Shown piece by piece: positions 9,261 to 17,874 of a DNA stretch of 64,000 bases (position 1 is the stretch's first letter; every line of letters starts with the position of its first letter). Source of the DNA: Dehalococcoidia bacterium (GTDB taxonomy: Bacteria; Chloroflexota; Dehalococcoidia; Lucifugimonadales; CAZENU01). The DNA lies in NCBI GenBank assembly GCA_965117035.1, contig OZ220748.1, forward strand, positions 1,607,429 through 1,671,428, written 5' to 3'. The notes beneath the pieces were generated by a model, which saw nothing but the letters and a program-made list of their open reading frames with translations, had not been told where the DNA came from and searched no databases. The position numbers and the translations under genes were made by a program.

Positions 9261-9971
9261 TTACCAGGGGAGATCTTCCGGTGGGGAGCCCATCACAAGT
9301 TCATCGTCGACGATCATGTAATCGTCGCCTGTCAATCGGTGCAACTGTTCGACGATGCATCTTCCGAAGCCGAAGGAGCGATACACTTGACCATTGCCAT
9401 TGAACGCGTCAACAAGATCTCTAACTTGGCGGGAAGATAGCTGGCGAATATCGGGCAAGTACGTTGCCAGATTGTTTGAGGTAGCGTAGTTCGGAGATTG
9501 AGTAATCGCGGAAATGAAGGCATCCGTAGCCAGCGGCTGCAACCCATCATAATCGAGAAGACACTCAAAGATGGCAACCGCAATCTCCTCAGCATTCGTA
9601 TGGCCCCGAAGCGCTTGGTACTTGCCCATAAGGCCGTAGGGGTCCTTGCCCATGCGGACGGGAACAACGGGAACGCCACGTCCGACGGCAACGCCTACCT
9701 CTTGGTCGGTCCAATCGCTGTCACTGAACCCATCGGTCAACAACGCCACGAGGACGTCCATGCTGAAGAGAGCGCGTTCCATCTCATCTTGCCACTCGCT
9801 CATGGGCCTGATGTCCTCATGTGCCACAAAGGATGCGATGCCGTAGCGATATAGACGATCCTTAAGTCGTGTTGCGAGGTCTTTGTCCTCGTCCTTGTGG
9901 CTGATGAAGACCTGCACCTCGCCTTCGCCCCATAGCTGTTTCTCTTCGTCAGATCGTCTCCCGTTTACCAC
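9261..9971 (-). CDS. TIR-domain protein with uncharacterised C-terminal domain
   Basis: 236 aa. VQVFISHKDEDKD...GIASFVAHEDI...DVLVALLT..FSDSDWTDQEVGVAVG matches bacterial TIR_2 hallmarks, including the conserved Glu (about E91). Lies 28 bp upstream of the next gene. Confidence 0.75.
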   Translation of the reverse strand: MVNGRRSDEEKQLWGEGEVQVFISHKDEDKDLATRLKDRLYRYGIASFVAHEDIRPMSEWQDEMERALFSMDVLVALLTDGFSDSDWTDQEVGVAVGRGVPVVPVRMGKDPYGLMGKYQALRGHTNAEEIAVAIFECLLDYDGLQPLATDAFISAITQSPNYATSNNLATYLPDIRQLSSRQVRDLVDAFNGNGQVYRSFGFGRCIVEQLHRLTGDDYMIVDDELVMGSPPEDLPW

Positions 9972-10077
9972 TGTTGAGCCTTACCTCCTTCCACATCAAT
10001 CCCGGCAGTGCCGTGGCAAATGGTATCCCCCATGAGATGCGGGCCTACATTGTCACGCCAATAGCTGTTTCCTGCAC

Positions 10078-11289
10078 CTATTCGAACTGCCGACGAACTT
10101 GGCCTGAGCCTACGAACTGGGACAGCAGCCGGTAGTTGCCGGACTCGTAGCGCACTCTGCCGGCGACGACCGCCGGGTGGATCCCCAGGTCGAATGCGAG
10201 CGCCATGACGGCCATGCCCGACGGGTCCGACGCGGCCTCGCTCGCGTCCCAGGCCGCCTTGGGGATGAGCGCCTCCTCCGCTAGTGCGTCCGCCTCGGAC
10301 TCCTTGGAGCCACCGTTGGGCTCCTCTCTGCTCCGCAGAGTGTGATCGTGGACGAATGAGGCGTCTTCGCCGTTGTCGAGGTGCAGCCCGATATGGGCCA
10401 GCTCGTGTAGCAGGCAGTACCAGAAGTTGTCGATCCGGTCGTACCGGAGGGTCAGGCCGATCACGGGCGGGCCGTTGCTCTCGCGAAGCGCGGCGCCGTC
10501 CAGATGCGTTCTCGGCAGATGGCGCACAATCTGCACCGGTATGCCGAGATCGGCGAGGAGACCGACTGCCTGCCTTGGCCCGTCTTCGAAGCGGCTGAGC
10601 TGCGCGATGTTCCGGAGCAGCCCGGGGGTGACCGTTCCCGACCGGTACGAGGCAGGCGGCGGGTGCGCGTTGGCCCTGGCCAGCACCTGCCAGCACCATG
10701 CGCCCAAGGCATACTCGTCCGTCTTGGCGTTGACGCGTCGATGGTCGTTCCTGCGAAACGTCGACGCGGGCGCAACGCTGTGACCGCCGGCGCGGCGCAT
10801 AAGGTCGCGCATAATCTCCTCGGCTCGGTCCTTCAGATCCGGGGCGTCCGGAATCCATCCAAGCTTGGCCATCGCCCGAACGGGAAAGCGCGTCCATTCG
10901 ACGCCGGCCAGCGTGTCGTCCAGGATCACCTCTGGCTCCCTGAGCAGCGCTTCAGCCGGAATCCCGAGGTGCCGATGAAGCGCGCGGGCCATCGACATGG
11001 TGATAGGCCGCTTACCGGAGAGCACCTCCGACACCTTGGCGTAGCTACCGATGTGTGGTACCAAATCCCGCCGCTTCAGGCCCGCCTGGTCCATGCGGAA
11101 CTCGATTGCCGCTACGGGGTCGGGAGGGGCAATCGGATGGTACCGGTCCTCGTAGTGCTCGACGAGGTCGGCAAGAATATCCCGCTCGTCACCCTCCGGC
11201 GTACCGTCCTCGGCGTGGAATATCTCCCCGAGCCTATCCAACGCCGCCTCGTAGTCGCCCTCGCTGCGGATCGGACTGATCGTCACCAT
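10078..11289 (-). CDS. HigA-like HTH antitoxin domain fused to ImmA/IrrE metallopeptidase domain
   Basis: 403 aa. N-terminal XRE/HigA-type HTH (KVSEVLSGKRPITMSMARALHRHLGI); C-terminal HEXXH (LLHELAHIGLH). Confidence 0.75.
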   Translation of the reverse strand: MVTISPIRSEGDYEAALDRLGEIFHAEDGTPEGDERDILADLVEHYEDRYHPIAPPDPVAAIEFRMDQAGLKRRDLVPHIGSYAKVSEVLSGKRPITMSMARALHRHLGIPAEALLREPEVILDDTLAGVEWTRFPVRAMAKLGWIPDAPDLKDRAEEIMRDLMRRAGGHSVAPASTFRRNDHRRVNAKTDEYALGAWCWQVLARANAHPPPASYRSGTVTPGLLRNIAQLSRFEDGPRQAVGLLADLGIPVQIVRHLPRTHLDGAALRESNGPPVIGLTLRYDRIDNFWYCLLHELAHIGLHLDNGEDASFVHDHTLRSREEPNGGSKESEADALAEEALIPKAAWDASEAASDPSGMAVMALAFDLGIHPAVVAGRVRYESGNYRLLSQFVGSGQVRRQFE

Positions 11290-11292
11290 TGT

Positions 11293-11613
11293 CTACACCT
11301 CCTCGGCATCGACCCTGTCGTACTCCGCGTGCGTGCCGATAAAGCGTATGTAAACGCGCCGGCCCGCGTAGTTCACGTCGACCACCAACCGGTAGGCACT
11401 ACCCTTGATCCTGAATACGACGCGATTGTTGGGCAGGATGCTGGCGCGGGAAAATCGATGCCGTACCTGGTCCGGCGACGCCCAGTCGGCCCGCCGGGTT
11501 TCGAGAAACCAGGCCCGCAACGGCTGCTCGGAATCAGGATGGCGCTCCCAGAACTCTCGAAGGGTCTTTCTGGAGAAGATCCGCAAGGTCCCACATGCCA
11601 ATCCAATCTTCAC
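11293..11613 (-). CDS. higB: HigB-family type II toxin
   Basis: RIFSRKTLREFWERHPDSEQPLRAWF...RFIGTHAEYD matches the HigB_toxin family. Likely true start is TTG at 11586. Confidence 0.75.
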   Translation of the reverse strand: MKIGLACGTLRIFSRKTLREFWERHPDSEQPLRAWFLETRRADWASPDQVRHRFSRASILPNNRVVFRIKGSAYRLVVDVNYAGRRVYIRFIGTHAEYDRVDAEEV

Positions 11614-11718
11614 ATATCTTACTACGCTCCCAAACTAGATGCAATTACCACAGTCCCATAGCTCAACCACACGCGTCGCCTTGACAGTTGCAAACCGGCG
11701 GGCGTAATCTCGCGGCAG

Positions 11719-11955
11719 TTGCCGACCTGGGGGACTGGAGGGCGCATGGGCATGTCGGAGCAGCAGCCGGTACCGGCGCACGGCGCGTCGGTGGAGGATG
11801 TCGCGGCGTCGCTGTGGCGCAGGGCGACCGAGCTGTGGGGGCCGGAGCGGGCCAGCGAGCTCGGCCACGTGCTCGACAACATCGCGGAGGACGTCTGGGT
11901 CGTCTCCCGCGTCCCGCTGTCCGACGCCGACGAGCCGGCCTTCTACCCCCGCTGA
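11719..11955 (+). CDS. small hypothetical protein (possibly DUF4089-like)
   Basis: 78-aa ORF with good codon bias ending DEPAFYPR. Weak call. Confidence 0.25.
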   Translation: MPTWGTGGRMGMSEQQPVPAHGASVEDVAASLWRRATELWGPERASELGHVLDNIAEDVWVVSRVPLSDADEPAFYPR

Positions 11956-12067
11956 CGACAGGCGCGACATCCGCCGCGGCCGGACCCAACCCACGGCGGC
12001 GACCGAAGACGCGACCGCATCCCGCGGGCCCGGTCGGCGGGCGTTCGCGGAGCCAGGAGAAAGACAC

Positions 12068-13555
12068 ATGGCGAGACGCCCGAACCTCGTGTTCATCATG
12101 AGCGACCAGCAGCGCTACGACACGATGGCCTGCTACGGCAACGACTGGATCGACACGCCGAACCTGAACGCGCTGGCGGACGAGTCGTTCGTGTTCGAGC
12201 GCGCCTACGTCACGCAGCCGGTCTGCACTCCCGCCAGGGCGTCGATCATGACGGGGCTGTACCCGCACTCGGCGGGGCCCATCGTCAACAAGATGCACCT
12301 GCCCGCCCACTTCGAGACGATCGGCGACCTGGTCTCCGCGGACTGCGCGCGCGGCTACATGGGCAAGTGGCACCTGGGCAACGACGTGCTGCCGCAGCAC
12401 AACTTCGACACCTGGATCAGCACCGAGGACTCCCACCGCGAGAGCTACAACAGCCCCGATGCGCTGGGCCGCCTGACCGACTACCACCACCACCTGGTCG
12501 CCAACGGCTTCGAGCCCGACAAGACGATCGCCGGCGAGAAGGTCTTCTCGGGCGACGGCAGGGCCAGGCTTCCCGAGGAGTTCCAGATGGCGTCGTACCT
12601 GGGCGACCGGGCCGCCGAGTTCATCCGGGACAACGCCGAGCGGCCGTTCGTGCTCTACGTCAACACCTTCGAGCCGCACTCGCCCTACTTCGGGCCGCTC
12701 ATGGACCACTACGACCCCGCCGCGCTGCCCGTCGGCCCTAGCTTCCTGCGCAAGCCGGAGGGCTCGGCGCTGATCAGCCGCCTCAGGGCCGACTACTGCA
12801 TGCAGTACCTGGACGGCGGCGACCAGACGGCGGACGTGTACATGCGCGACTACGCGGCGGTCGAGGAGGACGTCAGCACCGAGGAAGGCTGGCGCCGTCT
12901 GCGCGCGCACTACTTCGCCAACATCAACCTCGTCGACCGGATGGTCGGCAGGATCACGTCCGCCATCGAGGACGCGGGCGTGGCCGACGACACGGTGGTC
13001 GTGTTCACGAGCGACCACGGCGACATGCTCGGCGACCACGGGATGCTGGAGAAGCGGTCGATGTACGAGGAGTCGTCGCGGGTGCCGATGCTGATTCGCG
13101 TGCCGTGGCTGTCCCGCGAGCAGACCGTCGTGCCCGGCGCCATGGGCCACATCGACCTGGCGCCGACGGTGCTGGACCTGCTGGGCGAGCCCGTCCCGTA
13201 CCACATGCAGGGCAAGAGCCTCGTCCCCACGCTGTCCGACGGGGCGTCGCTGGAGGACAACGACGTCTTCATCGAGTGGAACGGCTTCTTCTCGAGCATG
13301 CCCGACCGGCATCTCGGCACTACCGCGATAGACAGGATGAACAGGCTGCCGTGGCGCACCATCGTGTCCGGCGGATGGAAGCTGAACCTGTGCGTGGGCG
13401 ACCAGTGCGAGCTGTTCGACCTGGAGAATGACCCACACGAGATGCACAACCTGTTCGACGATCCCGCCCAGCGCGACCGCGTCCGCGACCTGTCGGCGCG
13501 CATCCGCGCCTGGCAGTACGAGACGGACGACGACGCGCCGCTGCCGGCGGTCTGA
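12068..13555 (+). CDS. sulfatase (formylglycine-dependent arylsulfatase family)
   Basis: NLVFIMSDQQRYD and the C-x-P-x-R motif (VCTPARAS); start at ATG 12068. Confidence 0.85.
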   Translation: MARRPNLVFIMSDQQRYDTMACYGNDWIDTPNLNALADESFVFERAYVTQPVCTPARASIMTGLYPHSAGPIVNKMHLPAHFETIGDLVSADCARGYMGKWHLGNDVLPQHNFDTWISTEDSHRESYNSPDALGRLTDYHHHLVANGFEPDKTIAGEKVFSGDGRARLPEEFQMASYLGDRAAEFIRDNAERPFVLYVNTFEPHSPYFGPLMDHYDPAALPVGPSFLRKPEGSALISRLRADYCMQYLDGGDQTADVYMRDYAAVEEDVSTEEGWRRLRAHYFANINLVDRMVGRITSAIEDAGVADDTVVVFTSDHGDMLGDHGMLEKRSMYEESSRVPMLIRVPWLSREQTVVPGAMGHIDLAPTVLDLLGEPVPYHMQGKSLVPTLSDGASLEDNDVFIEWNGFFSSMPDRHLGTTAIDRMNRLPWRTIVSGGWKLNLCVGDQCELFDLENDPHEMHNLFDDPAQRDRVRDLSARIRAWQYETDDDAPLPAV

Positions 13556-13563
13556 GGAGTCCA

Positions 13564-14328
13564 ATGACCCACATCGACGTGCTGACCTACGGCTTCTCTC
13601 TCGTATCGGACCAGGGCCCCTTCGGCTTCTCGACCATCTCGCTGCTGAACGTGGGCGACCGGCACATCCTGGTCGACACCGGGCCCGCCTCCCGGCGCAC
13701 GATGCTCGTGAAGACGCTGCAGGGCCGGGGGCTGTCGCTCGAGGAGATCGACCTCGTCGTGCTGACGCACATGCACTGGGACCACTGCGCGAACGCCGAC
13801 CTGTTCCCCAACGCGCGCGTGCTCGTCCACCCGAAGGAGATCGACTACGCGAGCAATCCCAGCCGGGGCGACCACAACATCGCGACCTACTTCGCCGACA
13901 TGCTGTCGCGGCTCAGGGTGGAGCCGATATCGGACGGCGACCGGATCGCCGAGGGCGTGTCGGTCATGGACACGCCTGGCCACACCAAGGGCCACGTCAG
14001 CGTCTCGGTATCGGTGGACGGCAGGGACGTGCTCGTCAGCGGCGACGCGATGCCGGACGGCGGGACGGTTCGCCGCGGGTTGCCGTACAACGTCTTCTGG
14101 GACGTCGACGACGCGGCGGAGAGCGTCGAGAAGATGGTAGCGTCGGCGGACGTCTTCTACCCGGGCCACGACAGGCCGTTCACGCTTTCGGGCGACGACG
14201 TCGGCTACCTGGAGGGCCCGATCGGCATGGAGGTCTCCGGCTACGTCGAGGGCGGCGCGCCCTCGGCGATGACCTACGTCGTCCACCCCACGCGGGAACC
14301 CAACATAGACACCGTGCAGAAGGACTAG
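13564..14328 (+). CDS. MBL-fold metallo-hydrolase
   Basis: 254 aa; HxHxDH motif (THMHWDH) and later TPGHTKGH. Confidence 0.8.
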   Translation: MTHIDVLTYGFSLVSDQGPFGFSTISLLNVGDRHILVDTGPASRRTMLVKTLQGRGLSLEEIDLVVLTHMHWDHCANADLFPNARVLVHPKEIDYASNPSRGDHNIATYFADMLSRLRVEPISDGDRIAEGVSVMDTPGHTKGHVSVSVSVDGRDVLVSGDAMPDGGTVRRGLPYNVFWDVDDAAESVEKMVASADVFYPGHDRPFTLSGDDVGYLEGPIGMEVSGYVEGGAPSAMTYVVHPTREPNIDTVQKD

Positions 14329-14350
14329 CCGGCGAGCCGGTGGGCCGACA

Positions 14351-14433
14351 AACCCGTTCATGCTGAGTCGGCCCGCCGCTTTGGGCGGGCCGTATCGAAG
14401 CAGCGCGTGCCGTATCTCGAACGTGACAGTTAC
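14351..14433. mobile_element. truncated copy of the GTAACTGTTCAGA-type MITE (left end missing)
   Basis: aacccgttcatgctgag..gcccgccgctttgggcgggccgtatcgaag..gtgacagttac aligns to 62403-62489. Confidence 0.5.
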
Positions 14434-14459
14434 CGCGCCCGCCGGCCGGGTCCGGGCAG

Positions 14460-15665
14460 CTAGCGCTCCTTCCAGCCGGGCGCCGGATAGACGAGGTCGG
14501 CGACCGCGGCGTCGGGTGGGGCCACCACGCGCGCCTGACCGTCCCGGATCTGTACCGCGCCCATCGGCCGGTCCGGGTTCTTGCCGGTGGAGTCGAAGAC
14601 GATGCGGCCGAAGAAGGTCTCGACGTCCAGGTCCCGGAGCGCCGCCCGGACGGCGTCGCGGTCCAGCGAGCCGGCCGCCTCGATCGCCAGTTGCAGGGCG
14701 AGGGCGGCCGCGGTCGCGCTCGCGGCCTGGTACACTGGCCGCTGCCCCCACCTGGCCTCGAAGCGCTCCGCATAGTCCAACGCGGAGCCGAAGTAGGCGC
14801 CCCTGTAGCTCATCGACGCCTCCCACTGCGTCGGCCCGATCAGGTAGTCGGCGTCGGCGCCAACCTCCTCGATGAAGTCCGGGGACGTGGGGCCCACTGT
14901 CAGCACCATCGCGCCTGGGCCGAAGTCGAGCCGCCTGGCCGCCCGCGCGAACAGGAGCGCGTCGGAGATATAGCCGCCGCCCACGAACACGTCCGGGGCC
15001 AGCGCCTGGAACTCCGACACGATGTCGTCCACGTCGGCGACGCCCTGTGGGTACTTGCGCACGGCCATCACCTCCATACCGTACACCCCGGCCCACCGCC
15101 TCGCGCCCTCGGCCACGCTCGCGGGGAACAGCGCGTCGGCGTGCGCGATCACGACCGTCCTGGCGCCCCTGTCCGCCAGCGCCCTGAGTGCCGACTGCGT
15201 GTAGTTGCCCGCGGGAGTGTGAACTGCGAACAGGTTCGTGTACCCCTGTTGGAACAGCGTCTCGGACGCTCCAGCGCCCTCAACCATCGGCACGTCGCGG
15301 GCCTCGGCCACTTCCATGGCGGGCCGGGTGAGCGTGGAGCTGTACGGCCCCAGCAGGAAGTCCACACCGTCTTCGTCTATGAGCTTCTCCACCAGCGCGG
15401 CGGTCGATTCTACCTCGCCGCCATCGTCGTACATCACCAGCTCCACCCTGTACCGGTGACTGCCCACCCTTATGCCGCCCAGCTCGTCGTTTACCCAGTC
15501 GGCCCACAGGCGGTAGCCCTGCCGGACGTGCTTGCCCTCCTCCGCGTATCTACCCGTTTCGCTGACGGCGGCGCCAATCTTAATGACGTTCTCGCCGCCG
15601 GAAATGCAGGCCGTCGTCGTGAGAGCCGCAATCAGCAGCGCAAGTGTCGGAACGAAGCGGTTCAT
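14460..15665 (-). CDS. ABC transporter substrate-binding protein (branched-chain amino acid / LivJ-like), lipoprotein
   Basis: Start MNRFVPTLALLIAALTTTAC (lipobox) after GGAG; PBP type-1 fold pattern. Confidence 0.8.
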   Translation of the reverse strand: MNRFVPTLALLIAALTTTACISGGENVIKIGAAVSETGRYAEEGKHVRQGYRLWADWVNDELGGIRVGSHRYRVELVMYDDGGEVESTAALVEKLIDEDGVDFLLGPYSSTLTRPAMEVAEARDVPMVEGAGASETLFQQGYTNLFAVHTPAGNYTQSALRALADRGARTVVIAHADALFPASVAEGARRWAGVYGMEVMAVRKYPQGVADVDDIVSEFQALAPDVFVGGGYISDALLFARAARRLDFGPGAMVLTVGPTSPDFIEEVGADADYLIGPTQWEASMSYRGAYFGSALDYAERFEARWGQRPVYQAASATAAALALQLAIEAAGSLDRDAVRAALRDLDVETFFGRIVFDSTGKNPDRPMGAVQIRDGQARVVAPPDAAVADLVYPAPGWKER

Positions 15666-15681
15666 CCTGACTCCATGGCCG

Positions 15682-16416
15682 CTAGAGAATCCCTGGTTCG
15701 GCACACACGACGCGGTCGAGCGCCTCGCGCTGGGCCTCGAACAGGCGGGAGGTGCCCAGCGCGCCGAGCGCGAGTATCTCGTCGAGCGCGCTCCGGGAGA
15801 AGGCGCCGTTCTCCGCCGTGCCCTGGACCTCGACGAACTCGCCCTCGTCGGTCATGACGACGTTGAAGTCGACGTCGGCCGCGTGGTCCTCCGAGTAGTC
15901 GAGGTCGAGCAGCGCGCGGCCGTCGACGATGCCGACGCTCGTAGCGGCGACGGCGCGCCGCACGGGGTCGGCGTCCAGGCCGCCGCCGCGCATCAAGGCC
16001 GCGACCGCGAGCCGGACGGCGACGTACGCGCCCGTGATGGCGGCGGTGCGCGTGCCCCCGTCGGCCTGCAGCACGTCGCAATCGGCGATCAGGGTGCGCT
16101 CGCCCAGCGCCTCCATGTCGACCGCGGCCCTGAGCGAGCGGCCGATCAGGCGCTGGATCTCCTGGGTGCGCCCGCGGGGCCTGGTCTCCCTGCGCGTGCG
16201 CGTGTTGGTAGAGCGGGGCAGCATCGAGTACTCGGCGGTGACCCATCCCCGGCCCGAGTCCCGCAGGAACGGCGGCACGCCGTCCTCCACGCTGACAGCG
16301 CACAGCACCCGGGTCCGGCCGGTCTCGATCAGCACCGAGCCCTCGGCGAACTCCTGGAAGCCGGTCGTGATCCTGACCGGCCTGAGCTCATCCGCCCTTC
16401 GTCCGTCGTCGCGCAT
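15682..16416 (-). CDS. rph: ribonuclease PH
   Basis: [25 protein letters not shown]...[11 protein letters not shown].....RE motifs. Start ATG at 16416 after AAGGAG; the longer track ORF is an upstream extension. Confidence 0.9.
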   Translation of the reverse strand: MRDDGRRADELRPVRITTGFQEFAEGSVLIETGRTRVLCAVSVEDGVPPFLRDSGRGWVTAEYSMLPRSTNTRTRRETRPRGRTQEIQRLIGRSLRAAVDMEALGERTLIADCDVLQADGGTRTAAITGAYVAVRLAVAALMRGGGLDADPVRRAVAATSVGIVDGRALLDLDYSEDHAADVDFNVVMTDEGEFVEVQGTAENGAFSRSALDEILALGALGTSRLFEAQREALDRVVCAEPGIL

Positions 16417-16436
16417 AGATTCTCCTTCCGGCAGGG

Positions 16437-17069
16437 CTAGCCCGTCTCCAGGGCGCTCTCGAGGAACCCCCGCAGGACGTCCTCCCGGAGCGCCCCGACC
16501 CACGTCCTCAGCACCCTGCCGTCGGCGCCGAGAATCACCGTCGTCGGCAGCGCGAAGACGCCGTCGTTCCCGACCCGGCCGAACTCGGCGGCCAGCCGGC
16601 CGGTCTCGTCGACGCCGAGCGGGTAGCTCACGTCGATCCTGTCGGCGAACGCCTTGGCGGCGAGCTCGACGTCCTGGGTGTCGATGCCCAGGAAGGTCAC
16701 GCCGCGGTCGCGGTAGTCGTTGTAGACGCGGTCGAACGCGGGCATCTCGGTGACGCAGGGCCCGCACCACGACGCCCAGAAGTTCAGGACGACGATCTGC
16801 CCGTACAGGTCGGACAGCCGCAGCGTGTCGCCGTTGAACAGCGCCAGCGGCAGCTCGCGCACCGGCACTTGCGGGAGCCGCATGACCGCCGGCGTCGGGG
16901 TCGGCGGGACAGGGGTGGGCGTGGCGGTCGGGGTCGGTGCCGGCGTCGCGGTCGCGGTCGGCTCGGGCGTCGGCGTCGGGGCCGCGGCGGCTCCACAGCC
17001 GACGATCAGCACCGCGGCCAACGCCGCGAGCGCCGTCAACGCGCAATGTCCCAGTCTACGGTCGTTCAT
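16437..17069 (-). CDS. TlpA/ResA-family thiol-disulfide oxidoreductase, lipoprotein
   Basis: Lipobox LIVGC, Pro/Thr linker, then thioredoxin motif [10 protein letters not shown]. Confidence 0.8.
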   Translation of the reverse strand: MNDRRLGHCALTALAALAAVLIVGCGAAAAPTPTPEPTATATPAPTPTATPTPVPPTPTPAVMRLPQVPVRELPLALFNGDTLRLSDLYGQIVVLNFWASWCGPCVTEMPAFDRVYNDYRDRGVTFLGIDTQDVELAAKAFADRIDVSYPLGVDETGRLAAEFGRVGNDGVFALPTTVILGADGRVLRTWVGALREDVLRGFLESALETG

Positions 17070-17419
17070 TGGCTGCGCGGTCCTTCCCCAACGATTGACC
17101 TCAGTTGCTCGACGAGCGGCGGGAGATCGTTCTGCACGATATCCAGAAGGACGGTCAGGTCAACATCGTCGTAGCCATGGACAAGGCGGTTGCGTGCCCC
17201 GACGATCTGAGCCCAGGCGATTTCCGGGTGACGCTGCCGTGTAGCTGGAGAAACCCTGGTTGCGGCTTCACCTACGACCTCCACCAACTTTCGTACGGCC
17301 AATTCGGTTACGCGGTCTGTCGTCAAATCGGTAGAGTCGGCGTTCCCAAGCAACTCGATGGCTTCACTGGCGTGGTTCAGCATGTCCACGAGGAATAGCG
17401 TTTCATCGCGCCTTGTCAT
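17066..17419 (-). CDS. hepT: HepT-like HEPN toxin (DUF86)
   Basis: R-x4-H motif (RNRLVHGY); overlaps the upstream nucleotidyltransferase gene. Confidence 0.8.
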   Translation of the reverse strand: MTRRDETLFLVDMLNHASEAIELLGNADSTDLTTDRVTELAVRKLVEVVGEAATRVSPATRQRHPEIAWAQIVGARNRLVHGYDDVDLTVLLDIVQNDLPPLVEQLRSIVGEGPRSQ

Positions 17420-17741
17420 ACAGCACCTGTGCCGAATCGAGTATCTCGGCTTTGAGCAGCCAGTTGCGGCTTTCTTCGACCCCCTTGAAGGTGCTCAGGT
17501 CCACCCGCCGACCGAGTATCGTCGACAGCTCTTCGTGCATCGTGAAGAACGCCAGGCCCACGCGTGCGTCGGGCTCGAACTCGACGAGTACGTCCACGTC
17601 GCTCTCGGGCGTGAAGTCGTCACGCAGGACCGAGCCGTACAGGGCAAGACGCCGGATGCGGTTGCGCTGACAGTACTCCGCGATCCTGTCCATCGGGATG
17701 TCGATTCTGGGATTCAATAGTGTACTCCGGCGAGCATCCAC
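17403..17741 (-). CDS. mntA: MntA-like nucleotidyltransferase antitoxin
   Basis: LALYGSVLRDDFTPESDVDVLVEF minimal nucleotidyltransferase signature. Confidence 0.8.
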   Translation of the reverse strand: MDARRSTLLNPRIDIPMDRIAEYCQRNRIRRLALYGSVLRDDFTPESDVDVLVEFEPDARVGLAFFTMHEELSTILGRRVDLSTFKGVEESRNWLLKAEILDSAQVLYDKAR

Positions 17742-17874
17742 GCCTCGAATATCGGCGGCGGTTGGGCAACGCCTTACTGCAAACTGTATCCGTCCAGGTG
17801 TGCCCGCGCAAGCACGCCGGCACCCAGAAAGGATGGCGGCATGCGCCCCTTTCGACCAGCCGCAGACCGGCGGT

